Of a DNA stretch of 64,000 nt, positions 1 to 29,258 are shown one piece after another (position 1 is the first letter of the stretch; every line of letters begins with the position of its first letter). The notes below the pieces were generated by a model, which ran no database searches, had not been told where the DNA came from, and saw nothing but the letters and a program-made list of their open reading frames with translations. The translations under genes and the position numbers were made by a program. The stretch spans positions 61,194,001-61,258,000 of the forward strand of contig OX597814.1 of assembly GCA_951406725.2 (NCBI GenBank), written 5' to 3'. The stretch comes from Octopus vulgaris (taxonomy: Eukaryota).

Positions 1-425
1 TGAGTTGCAGGAGGAGAGCCAACAGGCAGATGACAGCACTTTGACAGGTTCAGACACAGGTCCCAATCGTTAGACCATCTCCAAATTTGGTGGAGGCATC
101 GACGAAGATCCTCTATATCACTGAGAGGAGCGACCAGTTTGACATCGTCGGCAAATAGAAGGGTGTGTTGCGTGAGGTCGTTGGGCAAGTCATTTATGAA
201 GACTAAGAACAATAAGGGCCCAAGCACTGAACCTTGAGGCACACCACTGCTCACACTGGAGACGTTGGACCACGAACCATTAACTTGGACTTGGAAGGAG
301 CGATCTGAGAGGAAGGCACCAACCGATCGTACAATATCCGGATGGAAACTATATGCTTGAAGCTTGACAAGTAATAGGCGGTGGTTTACCGAGTCAAAAG
401 CTTTGGCAAAGTCCAGGAAGCAAGC
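1..425 (-). mobile_element. CR1-clade LINE, reverse transcriptase fragment (continues beyond window start)
   Basis: Minus frame reads FLDFAKAFDSVNH...SGVPQGSVLGPLLFLVFINDLP...LLFADDVKL. Confidence 0.9.
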
Positions 426-486
426 TACCACACCTACATAGAAGAACAGATAAAAATGTTATTAGAACAAAAGGTTATTTATTAGA

Positions 487-16504
<16,018 letters not shown>

Positions 16505-17570
16505 TCATGGCTGTGAGGTAAGAAGTTTGCATCTGAACCAAATGGTTTTGAGTTCAGTTCCACTGAAGGGCACTTTGGGCAAATGTCTTCAACTACAGCC
16601 TGGGGTGACCAAAACCTTATGAGTGGAAATTGAAAGAAGCTTGGTGTGTATACGTGTGTGTGTGTGTGTGTGTGTTTGTCCCCACCACCAATTGACAACC
16701 AGTGTTGGTTTGTTTACATCCCCATAACTTAGCAATTTGGCAAAAGTGACCGATAGAATAAGTACTTAGAAACAAGTTCTGGGATTGATTCATGCAAATA
16801 AAAACCCTTCAAGGTAGTGCCCCAGCATGATTACAGTCAAATTTTGAAACAAAGCATTCCTTCAATGATTTACCTACCATTAGATGACTGATTCAATTAC
16901 TTGACTTCTTTTTTTTCTCAATGAATGATCAATATTATTGCCTTATGGAAGGGGCCAGTGGGGCTTAGATTCTATTCTGGCAACACTTACAAGAGTTGAA
17001 TTTAAGACTGTAATCAAGGGAGCACTTGTTAATTTTAATGCTGCCACTACTTACAGCAAAAGGCTTGGTCATTGAGGAGCTTTAAATACAGACACAGTAC
17101 AGAACAGAACAAGACATATTTTTAAAAGAAAGAGCATCCCTGAAACTGAGAAATACAAAAATAGAAAAAAAAACTGATACACAATTTTATTTCTCAATCA
17201 AGTGAAGTAGAATTAAATTGTAGTGGTGTCGAGTGGCAATGTTTTTAATTTCCAAAGATTTGAATCAAATGAAATACAAACTAGAGGTTCAAACCCTGTT
17301 ACAAACTGTGCAAAATCACTAGCCTCCTTCTTTCTTATCAGTAGTGATGCGTGGTTTGGTGGAGCTACAAAGGGAATGGACCTTTCTTGGGTCAGAAAAG
17401 TTGGTTCAGAAAGCAGGAGAAAGCGAGAGTGGTGGGGATGGACAGAGACAACAAAAGGAGTGAGGAAATGACTCCAATACTAGACTGGTACTTTATTTAA
17501 TGACCCCCAAACAACAGAAAAGACTTCAGTGGGATTTGAACTCAAAGTGCACAAAGCTGGGACAAATATT

Positions 17571-17771
17571 CTTTTCTACTCTAGGCACAAGGCCTGAAAA
17601 TTTTTGGAGAGGGGGTCCAGTCGATTAGATCAACCCCAGTAATTTATCGACCCTGAAAGGATGAAAGGCAAAGTCGATCTCAGCAGAATTTGAACTCAGA
17701 ATGTAAAGACAAACGAAATACTGCTAAGCATTTTGCCCGGCATGCTAATGTTTCTGCCAGCTTACCGCCCT
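17571..17771 (-). mobile_element. tRNA-derived SINE family B with 18-bp TSD, nested in an older related SINE
   Basis: Head GGCGGTAAGCTGGCAGAA, box B GAGTTCAAAT, central GCCTTTCATCCTTTC.GGGTCGATAAA. TSD aaagctgg(g/a)acaaatatt. Other copies at ~18382-18538, 22668-22865, 30395-30559, 54030-54370, 60395-60610. Confidence 0.85.
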
Positions 17772-18829
17772 AAAGCTGGAACAAATATTGTATTTCATGC
17801 TGATACTCTAATGACTGCCAATTAGCTGTCTATACTACTAATAATTTGCTAACTTATTACAAGGGAAAACCCGACCAGTATGGAGAAATCATATAAAGTC
17901 ATGCCAAAGCCACAGTCATGGTCGTGACAACTGGCTGCTGATCACAAAATACCAATCTACACTATACTGTCTGTATGACAGGTAATTTATTGAGTTAATC
18001 TAAGTGGTAATGGTTCTGTTATTAGTTCAAGGATTTATTTTGTAGGAATATATGAGTTTATATTTTATGGAAATTACTGGAAATATCATACCTGTTTGTA
18101 CAATACTTCATGTATTACACTTCTCTTGTGATGAACACCGTAACTCAGAAATCAAGATAGCTATATTCATTCTTAGCTAGAAATAGAAAGAAATTTGTAT
18201 TTTTAATATTAACATAAGAAAATCTTGTAACTTAATCATAACATTTATTATTGATTTTTTTATGCTGGCAAAGTATCCTAACTTCACAAAGGAATTGACT
18301 GCAGTACGTTTAAATAATCTCCAGAAAAATGTAATCTTTGAGGGAATTTGAACTTAGAATATAGAAGTCTAAACTAAATATTCTTTTCGACTGTAGGCAC
18401 AAGGCCCGAAATATTTGGGGAGGGGCCCAGTCGATTAGATCGACCCTAGTACGCAACTGGTACTTAATTTATCGATTCCCGATAGGATGAAATGCAAAGT
18501 CGACCTCGGCGGAATTTGAACTCAGAACATAGACAGACGAAGTCCAAACTAAATATCATATGACACATCGTCCTGCGCTCAACCACTTCTAGCTTTTATT
18601 CATTTTTTTTTTACCTGAATCTCTGTACGTGATCATGCGACTAGCTATTAATAGCAGTCGGCTCTCCCTTTAAATTACACTCTACCGCCTTAAAGAAAAA
18701 GGAGACACTGACTAATGACATACAATACACGAAATACTCGGGAAGTCGGTACAACAGCATGGGTGCCTTTCATCATAAGCCTACCCGATCAGAGCCGACT
18801 TCAAGCAAATGAACTCTAGTTTCGTTAGG

Positions 18830-19410
18830 GTAGTTAAATTGACTAAGAACTGTTTTTTATGAGGTCATTAACAACTATATAATTTCTCAAATATTAATTT
18901 TTCGGGAAGCCTTTTTTAAAATTTATCAACCTTAAAATGTTTAACAAGAATGAATGAACATGTTTCTTTAATTACTTGAGAATTTCAGGAGTGCTCGAGG
19001 TAGACACGCTTATTTACAGTTAGGTATAACAAAATATGACGGTTGAGGATATATTTCAAGAATAATATTTTAAGTAATACAATGTCAATTATTCTTCGAA
19101 TAAAAAAAGGAGCAATTAATGCTAATCACAGGAGGAAGTAAATATTCAATTAAAAATATAACATTGTTTACATCTGAGACATCGCAGCAGGTTCAGTTAT
19201 TTGATTAGAAGTAGCTTTTCTTGAACGCAAGAAATGTAAGTTTCGTAAACTAAGTCAATCATTTTAGTGAATTTAATTTCAGCTATTATTCATTTAAAAT
19301 AGTTTTTATTAATATATTTAATGACGTTTCATTTTATTCTGTCAGTTATGGCTATTTTAAATTGATAAAATGAACTTGTTACATCGTAGCAAACAATATG
19401 AATATTAAAA
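18830..19410. promoter_or_regulatory. Probable shared (bidirectional) promoter region of METTL5 and INO80C
   Basis: Repeat-free interval between divergently oriented genes. An acceptor 2 nt before the METTL5 ATG implies a non-coding first exon further upstream. Confidence 0.5.
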
Positions 19411-19521
19411 ATGGCGACAGTCGGCAAAAGTCCTTCGAAACGGAAATCAACAAAATTAAAAAGTTCCACAAGCAGTTCTTTGGGTGCCCCTCCAGCATCG
19501 AAAAAGAAGAAATCGAATCCT
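19411..19521 (+). CDS. INO80C: INO80C exon 1 (basic, NLS-like N-terminus)
   Basis: aaaATGG start context; PPASKKKK; donor |gtaaat in phase 0. Least conserved exon, so less certain. Confidence 0.8.
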
Positions 19522-22264
19522 GTAAATATGAATAACATGCTAATTTCTATTTATATATTCAAATTGAAAGGCTTTTCTTTTCATTTTAATTCATTTAAAG
19601 GTTACCGATTTACAGAATCCTTATAGCATTAGACAAAATGTTTGCGGCATTTAGTTGCAGGACTTTTATGCTTTGAATTTAAATCATATATAGGTCGATT
19701 AAAATTACTATAAAGCATTCTAAGTATGGGTGGAATTGTAATAGAGGACATAGATATTTTTCACTGTTGTTATAAACATGGCCTTTTTTTGTATCTGTTT
19801 ATATGCTCACTTCATGTTGGTATGAAGTTTTGGACGTATAGGAGAGTTGGAATCAGTTAAGTTAGGACAAGCTGACTTAAGCTGTGAGTAGACAGGATGT
19901 CAGACGACAAGCTTAAGGTTCAGTACTTTGTACTTTGTAATTAGGACTGTGCTGATTCCGTGGCTAAGTCTACATAGATCTAGGTACGTACCAGAAGTGG
20001 TATTAGTTTATCACAGTAAGTACCTGCTACACCAAACAACACAGGAGTTGGCTTGCAGTATTGAGTTCAGTTCTTCCACTGCAAAAGGCTGTGATCGTTG
20101 AAGATTTTCTCCAAGGGAGCAATTATCTTTAATCCACTCAGCCTTAGAGAAGCTGGAGTTGAGCACCAGCCCTGTGTGTCCTTCAGATTTGGGAATGATT
20201 AGCCTATATAGTCCACATAATGAAAACAGGCTATTATAGTTCGTTGTGCATGAAAAATTAAGAAATACAGATCAGTACACATCGTTGTTTTTGAATGGTT
20301 TAGAGAGACAGTAACACAGTTCCCTGTCTGATTTTTCATTGGCACTACACTATACTGGTCTGTATCCCTTTTCTTAGACATTAAGTTGCATGTATATAAC
20401 TTTTAGTGACATAACCACTATATCTTTGATACTCATTACATCTGTTAGAGATCTTGACTGTATCAGTTTGCTCTCCCTTTATATTTTATTGCAGACTTGT
20501 TTATGTTTGAGCTCAAAGTAAGTGGAAGTAACCATTTCAGTTGAGCACTAAGATAAATATGCATTACAGTAATTCAGCATCTTGCTTTTAGGTTCAAGGT
20601 AAAAATCCTATTGGGCTCATCTACATCAGAATTTCTTAGAGTCCCAAGTCACATTCTTCCCCTTGCAATCCCAGGTTTTTTCACTTCATTTTTTTCTCAC
20701 TGTTAGATTTTTATGATAATAATTATTGAAACAATTTATAAATCTAATTAACTTTATTACATTGCTATCAAATGATAAAAAAACAATTGTATTTCAATGG
20801 TTCGTAAAACTCACCTTTGATTCAGTACCCAAATACATTGTTGTGAAGGCCAAAAGCGTCATCAAAAATAATATAAAAAGTGGGTAATAATGAAATTGTG
20901 ACGACATAGGTTTCATTAATTTATATTTCAGAGTTACAGCTAATTAAAGATTTGTACATACAACCAAAGTGATATCAGTCTTCGTATCCAGACTAGTCAG
21001 TTGATATAAACTTGAAATAGCCGCAGTTTCCAAAAGCCATCTGAGTATCATATTAATATGAGTGCACTTATTAAACCTCAGTTATTGAATTGTTCCGAAT
21101 GGGACAAAGTTTGATGTGGCAACTTTTGTGAACTGCTAATTTTTGACCATCCATATAGTTGTGCATATTGGGTATTATATATATGTGTGTGTGTAGAGAG
21201 AATATTAGAAGTGTACAGATATTGGATATTGAGAAAAGAGGAGATCACCAGAATTTTGGAAAAAAAGTTTTTTATTTAGTCATTATTATTATTACCACTT
21301 TTGTTTGTCTTTGAACTTGTCAAATAAAATTGTGAATGTGCAAACAGTTTGTTCATTTATATAAACCAGGTGGGTTTTTTTTTTTTTTGCTTTGTTTAGA
21401 AGAGAACATTGTTTTTGTTTTTTGGTGGAGTGAGGTTCCAGGACAGTGGAGATAGATAGACAGACAGACAGATAGATAGGTAGAGAGAGAGAAGGGGAGA
21501 GATTTCTTTTCAATTCAGAATGTTTTTTACCATTGTATAGCTACTGGCATGAGACATGAGTTCAAGAAAGGTGGCCACTTTTAAGATGGGGATAAAATAA
21601 AAAAAGGATGGAAGATAAAAGTTCTATGAAAAATTAAATATATATATATATGTATATACACACACGTGTGTGTGTGTGTGCCTGTGAGTTCGAAATCTGT
21701 TTATGTCTACATTGTGTAATTTCGTTGTTTTGCATTGAAAAATGAAGTCAGGTTTCTTTTAATTTCATGTTTTTGCATGAACAAATGTTAGTACAATATT
21801 TACAAATCAGAAAAATAAAACCCACTGTTATAAATGTTGAAGCAGAAATAACAGTAATAGTGTATTTTTGTCTCTTTCCTTTTCATTATTTCCCCATTTT
21901 AAAAGAGGTCACCATTCTTGAACTCATGTCTCATGCCAGTAGCTATACAATGGTAAAAAAACATTCCAAACTGAAAAGAAATCCCACCCCTCCCCCACTC
22001 TACCTATCTATCTGCCTGTCTATCTATCCATCTACCTATCCATCTATCTACCCATCTATCTCCATTGTCCTGGAACCTCACTAAAAAAAAACAACGTTCT
22101 CTTCTAAATAGACCAAAAAAAAAAACCTGATTCATATAAATGAACAAATAGTTTACACATTCACTATTTTATTTGACAAGTTTGAAGACAGACGAATGCG
22201 CTAATAATAATGACTAAATAAAAAAATTATTTTCCCAAAATTCTGGCGACCTCCTCTTTTCTCA

Positions 22265-22319
<55 letters not shown>

Positions 22320-25184
22320 TGTATACAATGTATATATCATCAGTTTATGCCAGCATGGATGACGGATATTAAATGATGATGATGAATGAGAACTGTATAC
22401 AGAGTACATTCTTTTTCAGTAGATCTAAGTAGGATTTGAACATAAAACCAAACGCAAGGTACTTTATCCTGTGTTGTACTGCTATATTTATGAACAAAAA
22501 AATATTGGAGTATTAAAATAAAATTTAGTTATACTCCTAGATTATTTTAGTGAAATTCTCTTTGATATATTCAATTGTTTGAAATTCTTTCCTGAAAGCT
22601 AAGTTCCTCCTGTTTGAGAATCCCTGATCTACATCTTTAATCTTCCCAGGATCAATAAAATAAATATTGGTTTCAAATTTTGGTACAAGGGGAGGGGGAA
22701 GTCAGTTACATCAACCCCAGTGTTCAACTGGTAGTTATTTTATTGATCCAGAAAGGGATGAGAGGCAAAGATGACTTTGGCAGAACTTGAACTCAGAGCA
22801 TAAAGATGGATGAAATGTTACCAAGCATTTTGCCCAGTGTGCTAATGGTTCTGCCAGCCTGCCACTTTCAATAATAAAATAAATATTACTAACATATTAG
22901 AAGTGATTCAACTATACATGTGCCCCTTCAATATTTGTTCCTGAACTTCAATAAAATAAATCCATATTTCAGTTTAACAAAGATAACAGAGGCAGCTAGG
23001 ACAGCAGTAGATTGGAACATATGTTTTACAGTGGTACCTCACTGTTTCATCTCTGATGCCAATTCTGGGGGTATTGTCTTCCAAGATATAGTTGTTTACA
23101 CTATTTCTGATACTTATTTTTATCAGACACCCATAAAATTATCAACCATCTTACAAACAATAATAGCACCTTTTCAAACTCCACCCATCTAACACCCGTG
23201 GACATATCTACAAAGTCAGAAAACAGCACAGCTCCCATGACTTTAGGAAACATTTTTTCACGCTGAGAGTTGCTGAAGCATGGAACAAACTGCCGGCATC
23301 AGTTGTTAGTTGTCGGAGCACTGCATCCTTCAAAACTTCCATGCTTTCTGAGATTCGCTAACACTACACCTGATTTTCTTCCCTCCATACACACACAAGC
23401 ATGTATCTGACTCATACATTGTTCGCTTTCCAGACATTTGTACATTACTGCATGTACTTTATACACACTTTCTGACAAGTTGTGGTGCACCTGAGCACTG
23501 TATACAATAATTTCATTATATTATATATCAACATTGTACTTATTTTACAGCCTCAAAACTATGATAGATAAAGTGAATCTAGGTGGGATTTCAATTCAGA
23601 ATGTATAGGAATATAACAAAATACAAAGTATTTTGTTTAATACTTTACTGTTTCTGTTATATCCATGAACAAGAATTAAAAAAGAATGAAAATAAATTTA
23701 CATTTGCTTCTAGATTATTTTGATAAAATAATCTCCCCTAAAATATTCTATTTATTTTGTTGCCTATCTTGAAATATTCACCTTTTTTCTTTATGTATTT
23801 TATTTTCAACAAACAGATCCCTCCTCTTCCGCCAGTAGAAAATGAAGAACTAGAAGATCCAAATATGACAACAACAGAATATGTTGAGAGAATTCCAATT
23901 TTTAAAGATCCTAATTTTGTGGTATATATATTTTTAACTTTATGAGATTTGCATTATTTCATAATATTCACTTGTTTATAAGGTAGAATAGAGAAACAGA
24001 CCTGCTAATAGGATTTGAACCATGAATCCATCACTTCATTGAGTTGTTTCATTGATAGCAATAATAATAGCCATGAAAATAATAATGATTAAAAAGAAGC
24101 TGTTTCTACATATTTTACAAACTTAGTAATATTAGTTTCTGTCTGACCAACTCAGCAATGTAAAGCTTGCTTCTGTTTAACCATTATTAAGCTAGTTTCT
24201 ATAATTTAAATAGAAATGACCTGAGAGAAATAACTAAGAGTGGTTAGTAGCATGTATTTGAACAACACAGACAAATACAGGCATAGCAAATACCATATAG
24301 CATAATTCTTGATTTATCAAAATTATCTTCACCTCTATATCAAGTAGCAACAAAGACCAGCTCCACTTAAGAAGTAGAGATAATCTCAAGAATCAAGAAT
24401 TTTCCAAAACTAACATGCTACTAAAGACAAGGACAGGATTATGATCTGAAGAGGGCAGTCAAGGATTTTGTTTCTGCTTCAGTAGCCTTTATCAATATGA
24501 CAATTGTCCAACTTTATCTCTAATAACCAAGAGATTCAGACTTATGCAAAAAAGAGTAGGACACATTTATGGCTTAGGTATTTGCATAATTTAAATGAAA
24601 ATGAGCTGAGAAAAATAACTCAGTGGCCAGAGGCAATTAACTCAACAATGTTAGTTTTTATGTCTGACCAACTCATTAATATAAAACTAGTTTCTGTTTA
24701 ATTACCTCAGCATTATCAAGCTAATTTCTACGTCTGTTTTGCTAACTGAGCAGTGTCAAGTTAGAGAGGTTTTTTTGGGGGGGTTTTTTTTTTGTGTGTG
24801 TATGTTTGATCAAATCATGTGTAAAGCTAGCTTCACATTATTGATTATTGATGTGTAAAGCTAGCTTCACATATTAATCAGATATAGAAACTAGGTTGAT
24901 AATACTGAGCTTGTTGAACAGAACAGTTTTTGGCTGACCAACTCAGCAATGCTAGCTAGTGTCTGTTCCTGTTCAACTAATTCAGCAATGCAAAGTCATT
25001 TTGTGTGTGTTTAACAAAATTTCTGTGAAAAAAAAAAGTTGTGAGAAGCTTGCTTCCCAACCACATAGTTCTGGGTTCAGTCCGACTACATGCCTTGTGA
25101 GTGAATTTGGTAGATAGAAACTGAAAGAATCTCATCGCACATATACATACACACACACACACACACATATATACATATATGTAT

Positions 25185-25216
<32 letters not shown>

Positions 25217-28200
25217 GTGTGTCTATGTTTGTACCCCAACTGTCGTTTGACAACCAATGCTGGTGTGTTTAGGTCCCCATAACTTAGCAGTTCAGCAAAA
25301 GAGGCCGATACAATAAGTACTAGGCTTACAAAGAAGTCCTGGGGATGACTTGTTTGACTAAAGGCAGTGCTCCAGCACGGCTACAATCAAATGACTGAAA
25401 CAAGTAAAAGAAGGAAAATAAAAGACTATATGCATTTCCACAATCCTTACACATTTTCATACATTGACTCTATTTAAGCATTCTACAAAAGGAGCAGCTG
25501 GTGCCAAGAAAAGAGGATGGAAAAACCTGAAACAAATAGTAGCATCTGAGCGAGCTGTTCAATGGCCAGTCAGTGCTGTCACTTGTAAGTCTTTATCACA
25601 TCACACAGTTTATCTGAATGTTAACAAAAAAAAAAAATATCATCTTAGACATTTGTTTTTATCATTGATACTTATGTGTTGAGATTAGCTAATCACTGAA
25701 ATTAGATTTGTTCCAATATTGATATAAGTTTACCCTGAATTATTGTTGATATAAGTTTACCCTGACATCATTGTTGTCATCATCATCACCATCTTCACTG
25801 CCACTTCCTCCTCCTTCTACTGGTCAATTTGTGCCATTAGAGTGTCCCTGTTCCAAAAGGACAAACTCTTTTAGGTTTGGTGTCATGAGCTGGCAAGATT
25901 GTTAGCATGCTGGACAAAATACTTCGTGGCATTTCGTCTGTCTTTACATTCTGAGTTCAAATTTCTCCGAGGTTAACTTTCATCTTTTCAGGGTTGATGA
26001 AAGCCACTCATCTGATTTGCATAAAGTTACTCACAGAAGTGTTCCAGCCTCTGACCCGCAAATGTGTTGTCTCCTCTCCCTTTGCTTTTTCTGCTGCAAC
26101 TCTAATGGCCTTTGCTCCTTGGGACTGACTCATTCCCTCCTCAAACAGGCATTCCTGACCCACTCATCTCTCCTTCTTTCATCAGCTATATTGTGTCCAA
26201 CCCTACCAGGCCCCACACTAATCACTATGCCTAGTCATTTCCAGATCATTGAACCTTGGAATTCCCTCCTTGCTCCTTCCAAAAGGTGTTGACTTGCAAA
26301 GGTTCAATAGGAACATTAATGATATTGATTTTATTGTTCTAAGTGGGTTTGAAAAGATTATGGGCACTGGCCCTCATCTGGACTCAATACAATTTCACTC
26401 TATTAAACCAGATAACTTAATATTTTGATAGTGTTCGAGCTCATAAGTTTCAATCAATAATCCAAAATGTTAACCCCTAATTCCTCTTGCAGCAATGAAA
26501 TTATTAACACTCTGTAACAAATTTTTCACTATTATTATTTTTTTTTTTTTATCTTTGGTCAATAAGTGTTATTTCTTATTTGCTTCTAGTAGTCAGGGGA
26601 AATGACTACTACTCCCTTCAAACTTTTCTGTTGTTACCTGGACATCAATGTTTTGAAATTGACCTGTTTTCCATTATATTTCAAGCAGATTCAGTGCTGA
26701 GTTGCTGAATCACAAATAATGTTATAACAAATATTCTGCACAATACCACATATTTACTTGTCAGTTGCTTGACCTTAACCAGTTGAGCATCTCTGATCAT
26801 GAGTATGAGTAGTGGGGGAGCATCATAACCAAGTGTTGAAAGGGATTCTTTAGAGTTTGAATAAATGTAACAAAAGCAACGTTTGAAGGAAATATTAGTC
26901 ATTTTTCATACTTTATAGGGGTAAATAGATTGGAAATAACAAGGACAAAATAGCATGTTACACTGTAATTTAATAGTTCTTTAGTGAAAATTTTCCACCT
27001 TACTGTTACTATTTTCAGACAGTAGCATAGAGGGACCACCATCATTCAAACCTGCAAAAAAATATTCAGATATATCTGGTCTACATGTAAGTACACTTCA
27101 AAAACAAAATTTGTTTACTATTTGTTTGTGTTAATATCAACTGTGAGAATCTGGCATTTAAATATATACATATATAATAAATGAATAATGATTTCTCTCA
27201 TTGACAGGTCACAAGTTTTGTTCCCCATACATAACTGGTACTAATTGTATCCTAAGTTAAGGATGAAATGAAAGATGAGCTGACTTAATTTTGTCAGGTC
27301 TTTATTTTAGCTATTGCTTTTGTCACTCCATTACCCTTATAAGTAGATAATGGTTTTTAACTCTGAAACAGTGTCACAAATTTTGGAGGAGGATGAGTGG
27401 AATTGATTAAATTGACATAAGTACATGACTTGTACTCATTTTATCAAACCCAGAGTAGTGTCAACCCTGGTGAGATTTAAGCTCAACATAAAGGATTAAT
27501 ACAAAGTATTTTTTTCACTGCCATACTACCACATATGTTGTTAATAAGCCAGAATGAGTATCAAATACAATCAGTTCTCAAAACAGCTGAGGTATTTCAT
27601 TTGTTCTTCTTATAAAATGCACCTAAAACATTCTGTAAAGTAGTTGGTGTTAAGAAGGGAAGCCATGCCGAAGCAAACAGTAGAGTTTGGCACAATCCTC
27701 TGGTTTTTCAGCTCCTATCAAATTGTCCAACCCATGCCAGCATGGAGAGTGGACGTTAAATAATGCTGATGATAATCCTATGTAATTTAATACTAAATAT
27801 GGAGTACAAGAACAAAGAGAACAACAACTTGAATCTATTTGTATTATAGTGAATTAGAAAAAAATTTCTTACTGTAAATATGTTGTGCTTTGCTTTCTAT
27901 TGGTTAAACTGAGTAGTTTTCATAACCTTTACAGATGTACATGGATTGGAAAGATAACTGGGAGAACATATTAGAGTTAATATTTAGTTTGATCTTTGGT
28001 TTGGTGATCTCACAATAACCAACCTGAGCACTGCTGAAGAATTTTATCTCTGCATAGGGATTCAAAGAAAAATAGATTTCGGATGCAGGATTGATCTGAA
28101 CATAGCATTACTGCTAGAAAAATATCTTGATAGCAACTGTTGTAGCAAACTATACAGCCTTTCATTTACCAAGTTCAGTAATTAACATAATTTTTTTCAT

Positions 28201-28337
28201 TTCAGTCTGATTACAGAGATCCACAAAGCAAGTTACGATATCATAATGTCAAAGAATTCTCTCAACTACGAATGCTTCCCAGTGATTTAGTTACTGCATA
28301 TTTAGCTTTACGCAAAGCTAATGCACCAGTTCCATGA
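19411..28337 (+). CDS. INO80C: INO80 complex subunit C (Ies6); join(19411..19521,23817..23921,25479..25584,27019..27086,28206..28337), 173 aa
   Basis: 111+105+106+68+132=522 nt in one frame with GT-AG junctions. Motifs FKDPNFV, WKNLKQIVASER, PPSFKPAKKYSDISGL, YRDPQSKLRY, LPSDLVTAYLALRKA (YL1_C domain) match vertebrate INO80C. Confidence 0.95.
21226..22268. mobile_element. Long-TIR foldback/MITE-like element in INO80C intron 1
   Basis: ~380-bp arms, 21226-21608 and ~21876-22268, are reverse complements; termini ATATTGAGAAAAGAGGAG...CTCCTCTTTTCTCAATAT. Confidence 0.85.
23192..23525 (+). mobile_element. CR1 LINE 3' end
   Basis: TRGH.YKVRKQHSSHDFRKHFFTLRVAEAWNKLP C-terminal motif, then 3' UTR and (ATT)-like tail. 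Confidence 0.85.
23817..23921 (+). CDS. INO80C: INO80C exon 2 (...RIPIFKDPNFV)
   Basis: aacag| acceptor, |gtatat donor. Confidence 0.9.
25479..25584 (+). CDS. INO80C: INO80C exon 3 (HSTKGAAGAKKRGWKNLKQIVASERAVQWP...)
   Basis: tttaag| acceptor (AAG), |gtaagt donor. Confidence 0.92.
27019..27086 (+). CDS. INO80C: INO80C exon 4 (SSIEGPPSFKPAKKYSDISGLH)
   Basis: ttttcag| acceptor, |gtaagt donor. Confidence 0.95.
28206..28337 (+). CDS. INO80C: INO80C terminal exon (SDYRDPQSKLRY...YLALRKANAPVP*)
   Basis: tttcag| acceptor; TGA at 28335-28337. Confidence 0.95.
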   Translation, partial: SDYRDPQSKLRYHNVKEFSQLRMLPSDLVTAYLALRKANAPVP

Positions 28338-28488
28338 AGAATCCATTTGTTTTACAACACATTCTCCTTCATTCATGTCCTCATTATGTATGTACATCAC
28401 AAACTCTGCAACATCTGTATGAAAATTCTTATCACTTATGGATATTACACATTTGATTTTTTTTGTTATTTATTTTTTTGATGATGAT

Positions 28489-28494
28489 AATAAA
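28489..28494 (+). terminator. Candidate INO80C polyadenylation signal
   Basis: AATAAA about 150 nt after the stop codon, followed by U-rich sequence. Confidence 0.5.
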
Positions 28495-28622
28495 TATTCA
28501 TAAAATATTCAAATTTGTTTTTGCATATATTTTGTTATATTGTGGTGAGCATCATTGAGCAAGAAATAACAGATCATAGTTTGGATTTTTGGTGGCAAAA
28601 ACCATTATATATATATATATTA

Positions 28623-29258
28623 GGTGCAGGAGTGGCTGTGTGGTATTGTTTACCAACCACATGGTTCCGGGTTCAGTCCCCCTGCGTGGCACCTTGGGCA
28701 AGTGTCTTCTACTATATAGCCTCGGGCCGACCAATGCCTTGTGAGTGGATTCGGTAGACGGAAACTGAAAGAAGCCCGTCGTATATATGTATATATATAT
28801 ATGCGTTTGTGTGTCTGTGTTTGTCCCCCTAGCATTGCTTGACAACCAATGCTGGTGTGTTTACATCCCCATTACTTAGCGGTTTGGCAAAAGAGACCGA
28901 TAGAATAAGTACTGGGCTTACAAAAGAATAAGTCCTGGGGTCGAGTTGCTCGATTAAAGTCGGTGCTCCAGCATGGCCGCAGTCAAATGACTGAAACAAG
29001 TAAAAGAGTAAACGAGAGTAATTAAGGCAGCAAGCTGGCAGAAACGTTAGCACACCGGGTGAAATGCTTAGCGGTATTTTGTCTGTCTTTACGTTCTGAG
29101 TTCAAATTCTGCCGCAGTCGACTTTGCCTTTCACCCTTTCGGGTTCGATAAATTAAGTAACAGTTATGCACTGGGGTCGATGTAATCGACTTAATCCCTT
29201 TGTCTGTCCTTGTTTGTTCCCTCTATGTTTAGCTCCTTTTGGGCAATAAAGAAATAAG
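28623..29258 (+). mobile_element. SINE A (28623-29010) plus SINE B (29026-29258) composite inside one TSD
   Basis: Near full-length copies of both families, flanked by aaaccattatatat at 28599-28612 and 29259-29272. Confidence 0.85.

Noticed and set aside
26000-26410. Possible Jockey/Daphne-like LINE 3' remnant (also possible Tc1-like debris near 20720-21150 and 31080-31470)
   Set aside because: Too degenerate to call or delimit without a database search.
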